Below are positions 53,263 through 61,068 of a DNA stretch of 64,000 bases, in pieces. The notes under the pieces were generated by a model that saw only the letters and a list, made by a program, of their open reading frames with translations, was not told the DNA's origin and made no database searches. Every line of letters starts with the position of its first letter. Position 1 is the stretch's first letter. Made by a program: the position numbers and the translations under genes. The stretch comes from an uncultured Calditrichaceae bacterium (GTDB taxonomy: Bacteria > Calditrichota > Calditrichia > RBG-13-44-9 > J075): the NCBI GenBank assembly GCA_964522165.1, contig CAZFVV010000007.1, forward strand, positions 8,130-72,129, given 5' to 3'.

Positions 53263-55624
53263 CGGGACGGCGCTCTTTTTCCGCCGCGGGCGGCTCTGCC
53301 GCGCTATTGCCCCGGGCGGGAGCAGCGGGTTTCTCCTTTGCAGGCTTTTTCTCTTTCTCGGCTTCGCTGCCGGGATACTCGATGCGGCCGTGGTGGATGC
53401 CGGCCAGGATGGGGAGAAACGCTTCTTTGATTTGCTTGATCTCGTTCAGGGTCAGGTCGCAATCGTCCAATTCCCCCTCTTCGATCTTCTTTTCCACCAG
53501 GGTGTCCACCAGGTTGCGGATACGCTGCGGGGTGGGATTATTCAACGCCCGGGTAGCTGCTTCCACCACATCCGCCAGCATGGCGATGGCGGTCTCCTTA
53601 GACTGCGGTTTGGGGCCGGGGTAATGGAAGTTGCTTTCATCCACGTCCTTGTCGTCGCTGCTTTCTAAAAATTTGTGGTAGAAAAAGCTCATCAGGCTGG
53701 TGCCGTGGTGCTCCGGGATGAACTTCTCGACGGCTTTGGGCAGGTTGTGCCGCTCCGCCAGTTTGATCCCTTCCTTAACGTGATTGGCCAAAATGAGTGC
53801 GCTCATGTGCGGGGAAAGGGGATCGTGCTTGTTGACGCCTCCCATCTGGTTTTCCACAAAATATTCCGGTTTGAGCATTTTTCCAATGTCATGGAAATAG
53901 CACCCCACCCGGGTCAAAAGCGCGTTGGCGCCGATCACTTCCGCCGCAGCCTCTCCTAAGTTGGCCACCACAATGCTGTGGTGAAAACTCCCCGGGGCCC
54001 TTACGGAAAGGCGCTTGAGCAGGGGATGGTTGAGGTCCGACAATTCCAACAGGGTTAAATTGGTGGTTACATCGAACAGGCGCTCAAAAATCCCGATGAG
54101 CAAAAAGACGATCATGGGGACGATCAGGGCGTCCACCATGTAGAAGGCGTAACCGTTCAAGATATCCTTCATGGAATGGAAGTGCAAAAATCCATCGATG
54201 AAACTGATGGCCAGGTACGCCGCCATGATGTACACAATGGCGCGGTACATCTGCCCTCGTTTGCGGATATTTTGAACCGAGAACAGCGCGACCGCCCCAA
54301 CCGTCAGCATCATCAGGGTAAGGATATAATCATTTCCTTTCACCGCCCCGAAGATCAGGCTGAGGCTCACCATGCAAATAAACCCGATGCCGAAATCCAG
54401 CAGCATCCCCAACAGCATCGGCACCAGCACCACCGGGATGATCAGGTGGGGACGGTCGATGAACTTTTCGATGATCTCCACCAGGCCGAATTGCATCAAC
54501 ATAATCATGGTGATCATTCCTAACAGGCGGTTATCCGAAAAAACCGCGCGGCGATAGAAATAGAGGTATAAAACGATGATAAACAGCAGGGTAATGGCGT
54601 ACAGCATCTTACCGATATTGAACTTGAGTTGCTGCCAGCCGCTTTGCAGGGCGGAGCGCTCTTTGAGGGCGATGGAGAGGGATTGCAGCTTTTGATACAC
54701 CTCTTCGGTGATTTTTTCATTATTGTCAACGATCCGCTCATCCTGCTCCACGTATCCCCGGGTCAGGGGAACGTCGTGTATGGCGTTCTCTTTGCGCTCG
54801 CCGGTGATCTCTACATTATAGATCAGGTTCGGAATTAAAAACCCCGATACCAGGTAATCGGCGATGGCAATCTCCGGCGCTTCTGCGGGGTACTGGGTTT
54901 TCAGAAAATTTTTGATCTGCGCCTGGGCTTCGGGAATCTCCAGCACTTCTTTGGGGGCTATTTTTTCTTCGATACCGCCCTCGCTGAGCACCAGCTCCTT
55001 CTCGACGATCTCCGCCCTGGGGCGATTGATAATGCCCTGTTGATAGGCCTGGTTCAAGGCGCGATCCAGGTTTTTAGCCAGTTTATCGAGATTTTTTTTG
55101 GTATGGAGGGTATAAAGTTGCTGCAAGAGCGTGCGATCCAGCTTTACGGCATATTTCAGGTTTACTTGCTGCAAAAACGTATCGATCGCCGCCTCCGCGG
55201 CCTCCCTGGCAGGCCGTTGCCGGGCGCTGCCCGGGCCTCCCACCCACTCCGGCCGGGCATAAAATTCAGCCAATTTTTCGAAGAAAGAGGCTAATTGAAT
55301 CCGCTGCCGGTTGGCAGTATCGGAGTTTTTATCGAAAACCGGGGGAACGTTGGCGCGGGCCTGTTCCCGGTCCCGTTTCAACTCCTCCGGAGTTTTCTGG
55401 ATGGCAAATTTAAACGGGGCGATGATCTCTTCCGGGGCAATGCTGTTTACCGCCAAATGGCCGTATTCGAAAGGCCGCTCCGAGGGGAGCATCCAAAAAA
55501 TAACCCCCGCCAACACCAGCACATATAGTAATTTGAGAAGAATATCATCCGCCCTAACCCCGTACAGCTTATGGGATTTAAAAAACTCCTCAATATTTTT
55601 CCACTGTTTGCGAAATTTCTTCAT
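53222..55624 (-). CDS. 7TM-HD (HDIG) membrane phosphohydrolase, PgpH/YqfF-like
   Basis: Large extracytoplasmic N-terminal domain, 7 TM helices, and an HD domain ('HHSIVVANLGEAAAEVIG...CYFHDIGK', 'PEHHGT'). The start was chosen at MKKFRKQWK. Confidence 0.88.
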   Translation of the reverse strand: MKKFRKQWKNIEEFFKSHKLYGVRADDILLKLLYVLVLAGVIFWMLPSERPFEYGHLAVNSIAPEEIIAPFKFAIQKTPEELKRDREQARANVPPVFDKNSDTANRQRIQLASFFEKLAEFYARPEWVGGPGSARQRPAREAAEAAIDTFLQQVNLKYAVKLDRTLLQQLYTLHTKKNLDKLAKNLDRALNQAYQQGIINRPRAEIVEKELVLSEGGIEEKIAPKEVLEIPEAQAQIKNFLKTQYPAEAPEIAIADYLVSGFLIPNLIYNVEITGERKENAIHDVPLTRGYVEQDERIVDNNEKITEEVYQKLQSLSIALKERSALQSGWQQLKFNIGKMLYAITLLFIIVLYLYFYRRAVFSDNRLLGMITMIMLMQFGLVEIIEKFIDRPHLIIPVVLVPMLLGMLLDFGIGFICMVSLSLIFGAVKGNDYILTLMMLTVGAVALFSVQNIRKRGQMYRAIVYIMAAYLAISFIDGFLHFHSMKDILNGYAFYMVDALIVPMIVFLLIGIFERLFDVTTNLTLLELSDLNHPLLKRLSVRAPGSFHHSIVVANLGEAAAEVIGANALLTRVGCYFHDIGKMLKPEYFVENQMGGVNKHDPLSPHMSALILANHVKEGIKLAERHNLPKAVEKFIPEHHGTSLMSFFYHKFLESSDDKDVDESNFHYPGPKPQSKETAIAMLADVVEAATRALNNPTPQRIRNLVDTLVEKKIEEGELDDCDLTLNEIKQIKEAFLPILAGIHHGRIEYPGSEAEKEKKPAKEKPAAPARGNSAAEPPAAEKERRPGEADGKNRHAPSN

Positions 55625-55711
55625 TTGCAAAACCCGGGAGTGGTTTCGGATTGGTAAAACGCGGGGTTGATGTACATTTACACCGGGCACGACGCAGGCC
55701 GCGCACAGCTT

Positions 55712-55759
55712 CCGGCGACTTTAGCTCACTTTAGTCACTTATAAAAGGGTATTTAAGGC
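55712..55759. repeat. inverted repeat, arm downstream (3') of rnpB
   Basis: ccggcgactttagctcactttagtcacttataaaagggtatttaaggc. Its reverse complement matches 56189-56236 at 46 of 48 positions. Confidence 0.9.
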
Positions 55760-56196
55760 AAATCGATAAGCCGAATTCTGTTCTCCCCGGGAAACGGGGA
55801 GCGGCGGCCATTTATCTATGCGGCCTACCCGGGAGTTCACTCCCCGGCACGGTCGCGCCGGGGGGAACGAAGCGAGCAACCTCGTTTTTCCGTGGAAAAT
55901 TCTCCCCTATTTGGCCTTGCTCCGGATGGGGTTTATCCGGCCCGGGTGTTGCCACCTTTTCCGAAAGGAAAAATCTCGGCTGCGAGACCGGCCGGTGGGC
56001 TCTTACCCCGCCTTTTCACCCTTACCCCGACATCGCAGATGTCGGGGCGGTATGGTTTCTGTGACACTTTCCATCCCGCGGCGCTTGCGCGTCGCGAGTC
56101 CCGGATTCTCTCCGGGCATCCTGCTCTGCGGAGTTCGGACTTTCCTCCCCGGCGCCGGGCAGCCGGCGCCGCAGCGACCGCCTGATTCGCCTTAAA
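55752..56196 (-). ncRNA. rnpB: RNase P RNA, bacterial type A
   Basis: The minus strand contains GGGGAGGAAAGUCCGAACUCC, GGUAAGGGUGAAA..GGGGUAAGAGCCCACC, CCGGAGCAAGGCCAAAUAGGGGA, CCCGGGUAGGCCGC and ACAGAAUUCGGCUUAUCG, in the same order as E. coli M1 RNA. P1 pairs AAGGCGAAUC with GAUUUGCCUU. The ends are approximate. Confidence 0.93.
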
Positions 56197-56236
56197 TACC
56201 CTTTTATAAGTGCCTAAAGTGAACTAAAGTCGCCGG
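56189..56236. repeat. inverted repeat, arm upstream (5') of rnpB
   Basis: gccttaaatacccttttataagtgcctaaagtgaactaaagtcgccgg, the partner of 55712-55759. Confidence 0.9.
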
Positions 56237-56447
56237 CAGTTATTCAGGCTTAGCTTTGGACAGCCAGTTTAACTTCCCTCTTTTACTTTTAGTTCACTCC
56301 AGCCACCTCGGCACGCAACTATACCGTTAAAGGTTGTGGCAATGCCATTCCGCTGGGGAAAGTTGCATTTTCTATCAAATTCAAATACTCGCTTTTAAAT
56401 GCCTTACTTATCCTTTATCCTTCAACCTTTATCCCTTAATGAATATA

Positions 56448-57155
56448 TTACCGCTCCGTCCATACCAGGATGCGGCCGCAATACTCACAGGTATGCAACC
56501 GCCCGGCTTCCCGGATTTCCACGATTCGCTGGGGAGGAATGGCGGAAAAGCACCCCCCGCAAGAGGAGCGATTGATCGGCACTACCGCCAGGCCGTCTTT
56601 CGCCTGGCGAATCCGTTCATACAGGCGAATATAGCGATCCTCGATCTGCCGGGCGACTTTTTCCCGCTCCTGGAGCAGGCGGGCTTCCTCTTCCTGGGTC
56701 TGCTGGTTTATATCTTCCAGCTCCTTTTGATTTTCTTTGAGCTGATTTTCGAAGCCGGAGATTTCTTCCCCTATCGCGCTGCTTTCTTTTTTCAATTCCT
56801 CTTCATCTTCCAGGGTCTGGATAATTTTATTTTCCAGGTTTTCTATCTCAACCTTCCTGGTATCGATTTCCAGGGAGATGGCGTCGTACTCCTTATTGTT
56901 CTGCACGTGGTAAAGTTTCTCTTCGTTCTTTTTCAACTGCCCCCTGCTCGCCTCAACCTCTTTCTCGAACATCCGGCGGTCGTTTTGCAATTTGGTGATC
57001 TTTTGTTCGAATCCGGCTAAGCGGGAGCGCCTCTCGCTTAAGTCTTCCTCCAATTGTTGAATCATCATCGGCAAATCACCCTTTTGCAATTTCAACACAT
57101 TCAGCCGGTTATCAACCTCTTGCAGCTTCAGGAAATTCGCTAACAGTGTTTTCAA
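56448..57155 (-). CDS. coiled-coil protein with C-terminal C4 zinc ribbon (COG1579-like)
   Basis: Long heptad-rich region followed by 'CGGCFSAIPPQRIVEIREAGRLHTCEYCGRILV'. The start is tentatively the TTG at 57155 (GAGGAG upstream). The track's ATG at 57233 lies inside the tRNA terminator hairpin. Confidence 0.7.
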   Translation of the reverse strand: MKTLLANFLKLQEVDNRLNVLKLQKGDLPMMIQQLEEDLSERRSRLAGFEQKITKLQNDRRMFEKEVEASRGQLKKNEEKLYHVQNNKEYDAISLEIDTRKVEIENLENKIIQTLEDEEELKKESSAIGEEISGFENQLKENQKELEDINQQTQEEEARLLQEREKVARQIEDRYIRLYERIRQAKDGLAVVPINRSSCGGCFSAIPPQRIVEIREAGRLHTCEYCGRILVWTER

Positions 57156-57205
57156 GGTTTCTACTCCTCTATTTATGGGAATCCGCCCGCCATACCTGAA
57201 AATGA

Positions 57206-57238
57206 AAAAGGTGCACTCGAATTCCGGATGCACCTTTT
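57206..57238 (-). terminator. rho-independent terminator after tRNA-Met
   Basis: On the minus strand: aaaaggtgca-tccggaattcgag-tgcaccttttt followed by cattTT. Confidence 0.65.
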
Positions 57239-57313
57239 ACTTTGTTACGATGTTTATGACAAAGCAAACCGATGTATAAACAAAACCTCAATTTGGTTTC
57301 TCCTTAAAATCAG

Positions 57314-57387
57314 TGGGCCCACCAGGGCTCGAACCTGGGACCAGCCGATTATGAGTCGGCTGCTCTAACCGACTGAGCTATGGGCCC
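57314..57387 (-). tRNA. tRNA with CAT anticodon (elongator Met-like; Ile2/lysidine not excluded)
   Basis: The reverse complement GGGCCCATAGCTCAGTCGGTTAGAGCAGCCGACTCATAATCGGCTGGTCCCAGGTTCGAGCCCTGGTGGGCCCA folds as a cloverleaf with a 7-bp acceptor stem, anticodon loop CUCAUAA and a GGTTCGAGCC T-arm. CCA is not encoded. Confidence 0.9.
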
Positions 57388-57567
57388 TCTTTTGAAACGC
57401 AAAAATTTATGGCTCACCCTCCCTGAAATCAAGGCATTTTTAAAAGTAATCCGTTTTTTTCTGACTGCTGATGGATTTTCGACAGTATGCGCCAGGTTCT
57501 TTCAAGAATTGAAGAAACATGAATCCTTTTGGATTCCCCTTCCCCCCTTTACTATATTCTCCTGGCA

Positions 57568-57670
57568 AGTGACTAAGGTTAAAAGTGCCTAAAGTGAGCT
57601 AAAGTTAAAAACCTGCTCGCTTCAATCACTTTAGACACTTTGGTTCACTTTAGACACTTTGGTTCACTTT
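57568..57670. repeat. 'ctaaagtg' family element including a 19-nt tandem duplication
   Basis: agtgactaaggttaaaagtgcctaaagtgagctaaagt faces (cactttagacactttggtt)x2 cacttt, which abuts the acpS ATG. The same motif family forms the rnpB-flanking arms. Confidence 0.75.
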
Positions 57671-58048
57671 ATGAGCATCTATTCCGTCGGCGTTGACATT
57701 ACCCAGGTGGAGCGGTTTCAGGAACTGATCGAGCGCCACGGGGAGCGGTTCGTGAAGCGGGTGTTTACCGCCCGAGAAATTGCCTACTGCCAACCCAAAG
57801 CCATCCGGGTGCAGTGCTTTGCCGGGCGGTTTGCAGTGAAGGAAGCGATATTCAAAGCCGCGGGAACCGGTTTGCGCACGGGAATGAACTGGAAAGACGT
57901 GGAAGTGATCAACGACGAGTTGGGCCGCCCCGCGGTATATTTGCACGGCGTCACCGCCAAACTGTTAGAGGGAAAGCGCATCCACCTCTCCCTCTCGCAC
58001 GAAGGGAGCATGGCGATTGCGATGGTCGTGGTTGAAAATGTGTTATAG
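57671..58048 (+). CDS. acpS: holo-[acyl-carrier-protein] synthase
   Basis: 'MSIYSVGVDITQVERF...FTAREIAYC...FAVKEAIFKA...EVINDELGRP...SLSHE'. Confidence 0.92.
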   Translation: MSIYSVGVDITQVERFQELIERHGERFVKRVFTAREIAYCQPKAIRVQCFAGRFAVKEAIFKAAGTGLRTGMNWKDVEVINDELGRPAVYLHGVTAKLLEGKRIHLSLSHEGSMAIAMVVVENVL

Positions 58049-58173
58049 TGTTAGGGTGTTCAAGTGTTTGAGGGTTCTGGTATTATGGTGTTCAAATTGC
58101 GGGATAGCGAGGCGTAATGTGTGGGTAACCAAAACACTAAAAACCTGAACACTCGAACACATTAACACTCGTG
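58049..58173. repeat. 'gtgttca/tgaacac' palindromic element
   Basis: tgttagggtgttcaagtgtttgagggttctgg... faces ...aaaacactaaaaacctgaacactcgaacacattaacactcgtg. Confidence 0.6.
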
Positions 58174-58192
58174 TATAAAAAGGAGATTTACA

Positions 58193-59749
58193 ATGATCAA
58201 GGTAGTTACCGCGGACGAGATGCGGGAGAAAGACCGTTTTACGATCGAAGAGATCGGGGTGCCGGGTGTGATCCTGATGGAAAACGCCGGGCAGGCCGCC
58301 TTCCGGGTAATCCGGCAAAAACTGAATGAGGTGACCGACCCCCTGGTATATATTTTTTGCGGCAAGGGCAACAACGGGGGAGACGGTTTCGTGGTCGCCC
58401 GCCACCTCTGGAATGAAGGGGTTTACGTGCGGGTATTCTGCATCGTGGAAGAAGCGCAGATCGCCGGCGACGCCCGCATCAATTACAATATTCTAAAGAA
58501 CATGAACCTGCCCATCGAATTCGTTTCCGCGCTCGACGACATTCGGGAACTGGAAAATGAACCGCCGGATATCTTAGTGGATGCCCTGCTGGGCACCGGC
58601 ATAAAAGGCGCGGTGCAGGGATTCGCCAGAGAAGTGATCGATTTTATCAACAAGAACCTGGAAACCACCGTGGTGGCTATCGACCTTCCCTCCGGGCTGG
58701 ACGCCAGCACCGGGGAAGTGGCCGGGAGCGCCATCCGGGCGGATATTACCGTGACCATGGCCCTGCCCAAGCGCTGCCACGCGCTCTACCCCGCCAAAAA
58801 TTACGTGGGCGAATTATACATCGCTGACATCGGCATTCCTCCCTTTGTGCTCCACAAAGATGACGTGAAAGTGGACATGCTCGATGAGGAAGATATCGTG
58901 CTGCCCTTCCGCTACCCGGACGCCAACAAATACGAAGTCGGGAAGGTGGCGGTGCTGGCAGGCTCCAAAGGTTACACCGGGGCGGCGGCGCTAACCGCCC
59001 AGGCGGCGCTGAAAATCGGCGCGGGGCTGGCGGTCCTGGGGATTCCGGAGAGCTTGAACCCGATCATGGAGCAAAAGTTGACCGAGGTAATTACCCGCCC
59101 CCTGCCGGAGACCGGGGAACTGACCATTGGCGCAGCAAGCCTCCCCTCCATACAAGAACTTTTAGAATGGGCGGACGTGCTGGCGATCGGGCCGGGGCTG
59201 GGGCGTAGCGAGGAAGTGCAGGAAACCATCATCGCCATTCTGAAAATTTTCAAAAAACCCACCGTAATCGACGCCGACGCTCTTTTCGCTCTCGCCAATC
59301 ACCCGGCGATCCTCAACGGAAACCACCACGCCCACTGGATATTCACCCCCCACTTAGGCGAATTCCGGCGCTTTCTTCCCGGGGAATCTAAAGAATCTTT
59401 AGCAACCAACCGCATCGAGCTGGCCCAGGAATTTGCCAAAAAGCACGGTTTAACCCTGCTGCTAAAAGGCGCGCCAACCCTGGTGGCCATGCCCGACCGG
59501 CGGGTCTATTTGAATCCCACCGGCAATTCCGGGCTGGCCAGCGGCGGCACCGGCGACGTGCTCACCGGTTTCATCGCCGGCCTGCTGGCCCAGGGATATG
59601 ACCCCGATGAAGCTGCCTATACCGCCAGCTTTGTGCACGGTTACACCGCGGATTATATTGTCGAAAAAGAGACCGTGTACGCCTTGATGGCCGGGGATTT
59701 GATCACCCACCTGGGCCCGGCGTTAAACCGGCTTTTGGATAAAGAATAA
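58193..59749 (+). CDS. nnr: bifunctional NAD(P)H-hydrate repair enzyme (epimerase + ADP-dependent dehydratase)
   Basis: YjeF-N part (IFCGKGNNGGDGFVVARHL) and a C-terminal carbohydrate-kinase part (KYEVGKVAVLAGSKGYTGAAALTAQAALK...GGTGDVLTG). Confidence 0.92.
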   Translation: MIKVVTADEMREKDRFTIEEIGVPGVILMENAGQAAFRVIRQKLNEVTDPLVYIFCGKGNNGGDGFVVARHLWNEGVYVRVFCIVEEAQIAGDARINYNILKNMNLPIEFVSALDDIRELENEPPDILVDALLGTGIKGAVQGFAREVIDFINKNLETTVVAIDLPSGLDASTGEVAGSAIRADITVTMALPKRCHALYPAKNYVGELYIADIGIPPFVLHKDDVKVDMLDEEDIVLPFRYPDANKYEVGKVAVLAGSKGYTGAAALTAQAALKIGAGLAVLGIPESLNPIMEQKLTEVITRPLPETGELTIGAASLPSIQELLEWADVLAIGPGLGRSEEVQETIIAILKIFKKPTVIDADALFALANHPAILNGNHHAHWIFTPHLGEFRRFLPGESKESLATNRIELAQEFAKKHGLTLLLKGAPTLVAMPDRRVYLNPTGNSGLASGGTGDVLTGFIAGLLAQGYDPDEAAYTASFVHGYTADYIVEKETVYALMAGDLITHLGPALNRLLDKE

Positions 59750-59836
59750 GAGATCGGGAAGTGTGCGCTCAAACTGGCTGCATCAACCGCCGGTTTGGCG
59801 GGTTGGGGGATGGATTTCAATAACGTCGCTTCTTAG

Positions 59837-59852
59837 TGGCAAATTATTTGCT
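59837..59852 (+). promoter_or_regulatory. candidate sigma-54 (-24/-12) promoter
   Basis: TGGCAaattatTTGCT has GG and GC at exactly the consensus TGGCACG-N4-TTGC spacing. It lies 64 nt upstream of the first possible start of the membrane-protein/cytochrome cluster. Confidence 0.45.
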
Positions 59853-59915
59853 GAATGGGAAATTTTCCAGCGCCATTTTACCAGGCAGCGGAATTAGCGG
59901 AATAGGGCAGGGAGC

Positions 59916-60977
59916 TTGCAATTTCCCGGAAAACCCCCGGCCTTCGGGTCGAAAAAACGATTAGCCGAAGACTCGTTTTGGGCGAGGCTCCTGTGCAGAA
60001 TCGAGATCAGCTGCGCAAATAATGCCCAGGGTGATGGCTTCAGGAGAGAGACATTGGCAAATTTCAGTGCTGCGACGCTGGCTCAGCAGGCAAGCGCAGT
60101 AAAAGAGCGCGACCGCTTCAAAATTTTTCTCAAGATCTTATATGCGCTGTCGCTGGCGATTTACATTTACCTCCTCATCGACGGGTTGAATTACTACCGC
60201 ACCGCCTACCAGGATCGCCCCCATCATGAGTCCTACCGGGAATTGCGCCCGGCGGGATTCCGGGGACACGGCTTCGGCGTCCTCGGCTCCACCATGATGC
60301 TCTTCATGCTGCTCTATTCCGTGCGCAAGCGCACCCGCCTGTTCGGAGAGTGGGGCGCGCTAAGCCGCTGGCTGGATATTCACATCTATTTCGGTATTAT
60401 GGGGCCGCTGTTTGTCATTCTTCACACCTCTTTTAAAGTGCAGGGGCTGGTGGCGGTCAGCTTCTGGTCCATGGTGGCGGTCGCCAGCAGCGGAATCCTG
60501 GGACGCTATCTCTATCTGCAAATTCCCCGCAACCGCCAGGGGGATGAGCTATCCCTGCGGCAAATTACTGAATTGGAAGAAAATTTCAGCCGCGATTTAC
60601 AGGAAACCCTCAACCTCGACGAGGAAAAACTCCATCGCCTGGATGAGATATTGAAAAACCAGCGCGAGCAGGAACCGAAGGCGCTGAAATTGTTCCTGGA
60701 AATGGCGTTGAGCGACCTGCTCCGTCCCTTCCAGGTGTACCGCCTGAAGCGGTTGCTGGCCGGGGAGCTGCAACTGCGGGAGCCTTATCTCCACCGGGCG
60801 GTGCAGTTAGCCTGGCGAAAAATCAAGCTGCAGCGCCGGGTGCTGGCGCTAAACCAGGTGCAACGGCTCTTTCATTACTGGCACGTGTTCCATAAACCCT
60901 TTGCAATTATCATGTATATCATTATGTTGGTGCACGTGGGGGTGGCGGTATGGCTGGGATATACGTGGGTGTTTTGA
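59916..60977 (+). CDS. five-TM membrane protein with His-bearing helices, unknown function (start uncertain: TTG 59916 or TTG 60054)
   Basis: TM helices IFLKILYALSLAIYIYLLI, GVLGSTMMLFMLLY, IHIYFGIMGPLFVILH, VAVSFWSMVAVASSGILG and AIIMYIIMLVHVGVAVWLG, plus a cytoplasmic coiled-coil insert. The TTG at 60054 has AGGAGAGAG upstream. Confidence 0.6.
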   Translation: MQFPGKPPAFGSKKRLAEDSFWARLLCRIEISCANNAQGDGFRRETLANFSAATLAQQASAVKERDRFKIFLKILYALSLAIYIYLLIDGLNYYRTAYQDRPHHESYRELRPAGFRGHGFGVLGSTMMLFMLLYSVRKRTRLFGEWGALSRWLDIHIYFGIMGPLFVILHTSFKVQGLVAVSFWSMVAVASSGILGRYLYLQIPRNRQGDELSLRQITELEENFSRDLQETLNLDEEKLHRLDEILKNQREQEPKALKLFLEMALSDLLRPFQVYRLKRLLAGELQLREPYLHRAVQLAWRKIKLQRRVLALNQVQRLFHYWHVFHKPFAIIMYIIMLVHVGVAVWLGYTWVF

Positions 60978-61068
60978 ATTAAAGACTGAAGATTGAAGAC
61001 TGGCGATTGATAAACCTTATTTCATATAGACAACTGACGACAGACCACAGGCAATGGACTGAGTAAAA

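Noticed and set aside
55818-56195. ORFs of 125 aa and 97 aa (55892-56185) on the plus strand.
   Set aside because: They overlap the RNase P RNA gene, whose conserved elements are all present on the minus strand. The ORFs are Arg/Pro-rich translations of structured RNA.
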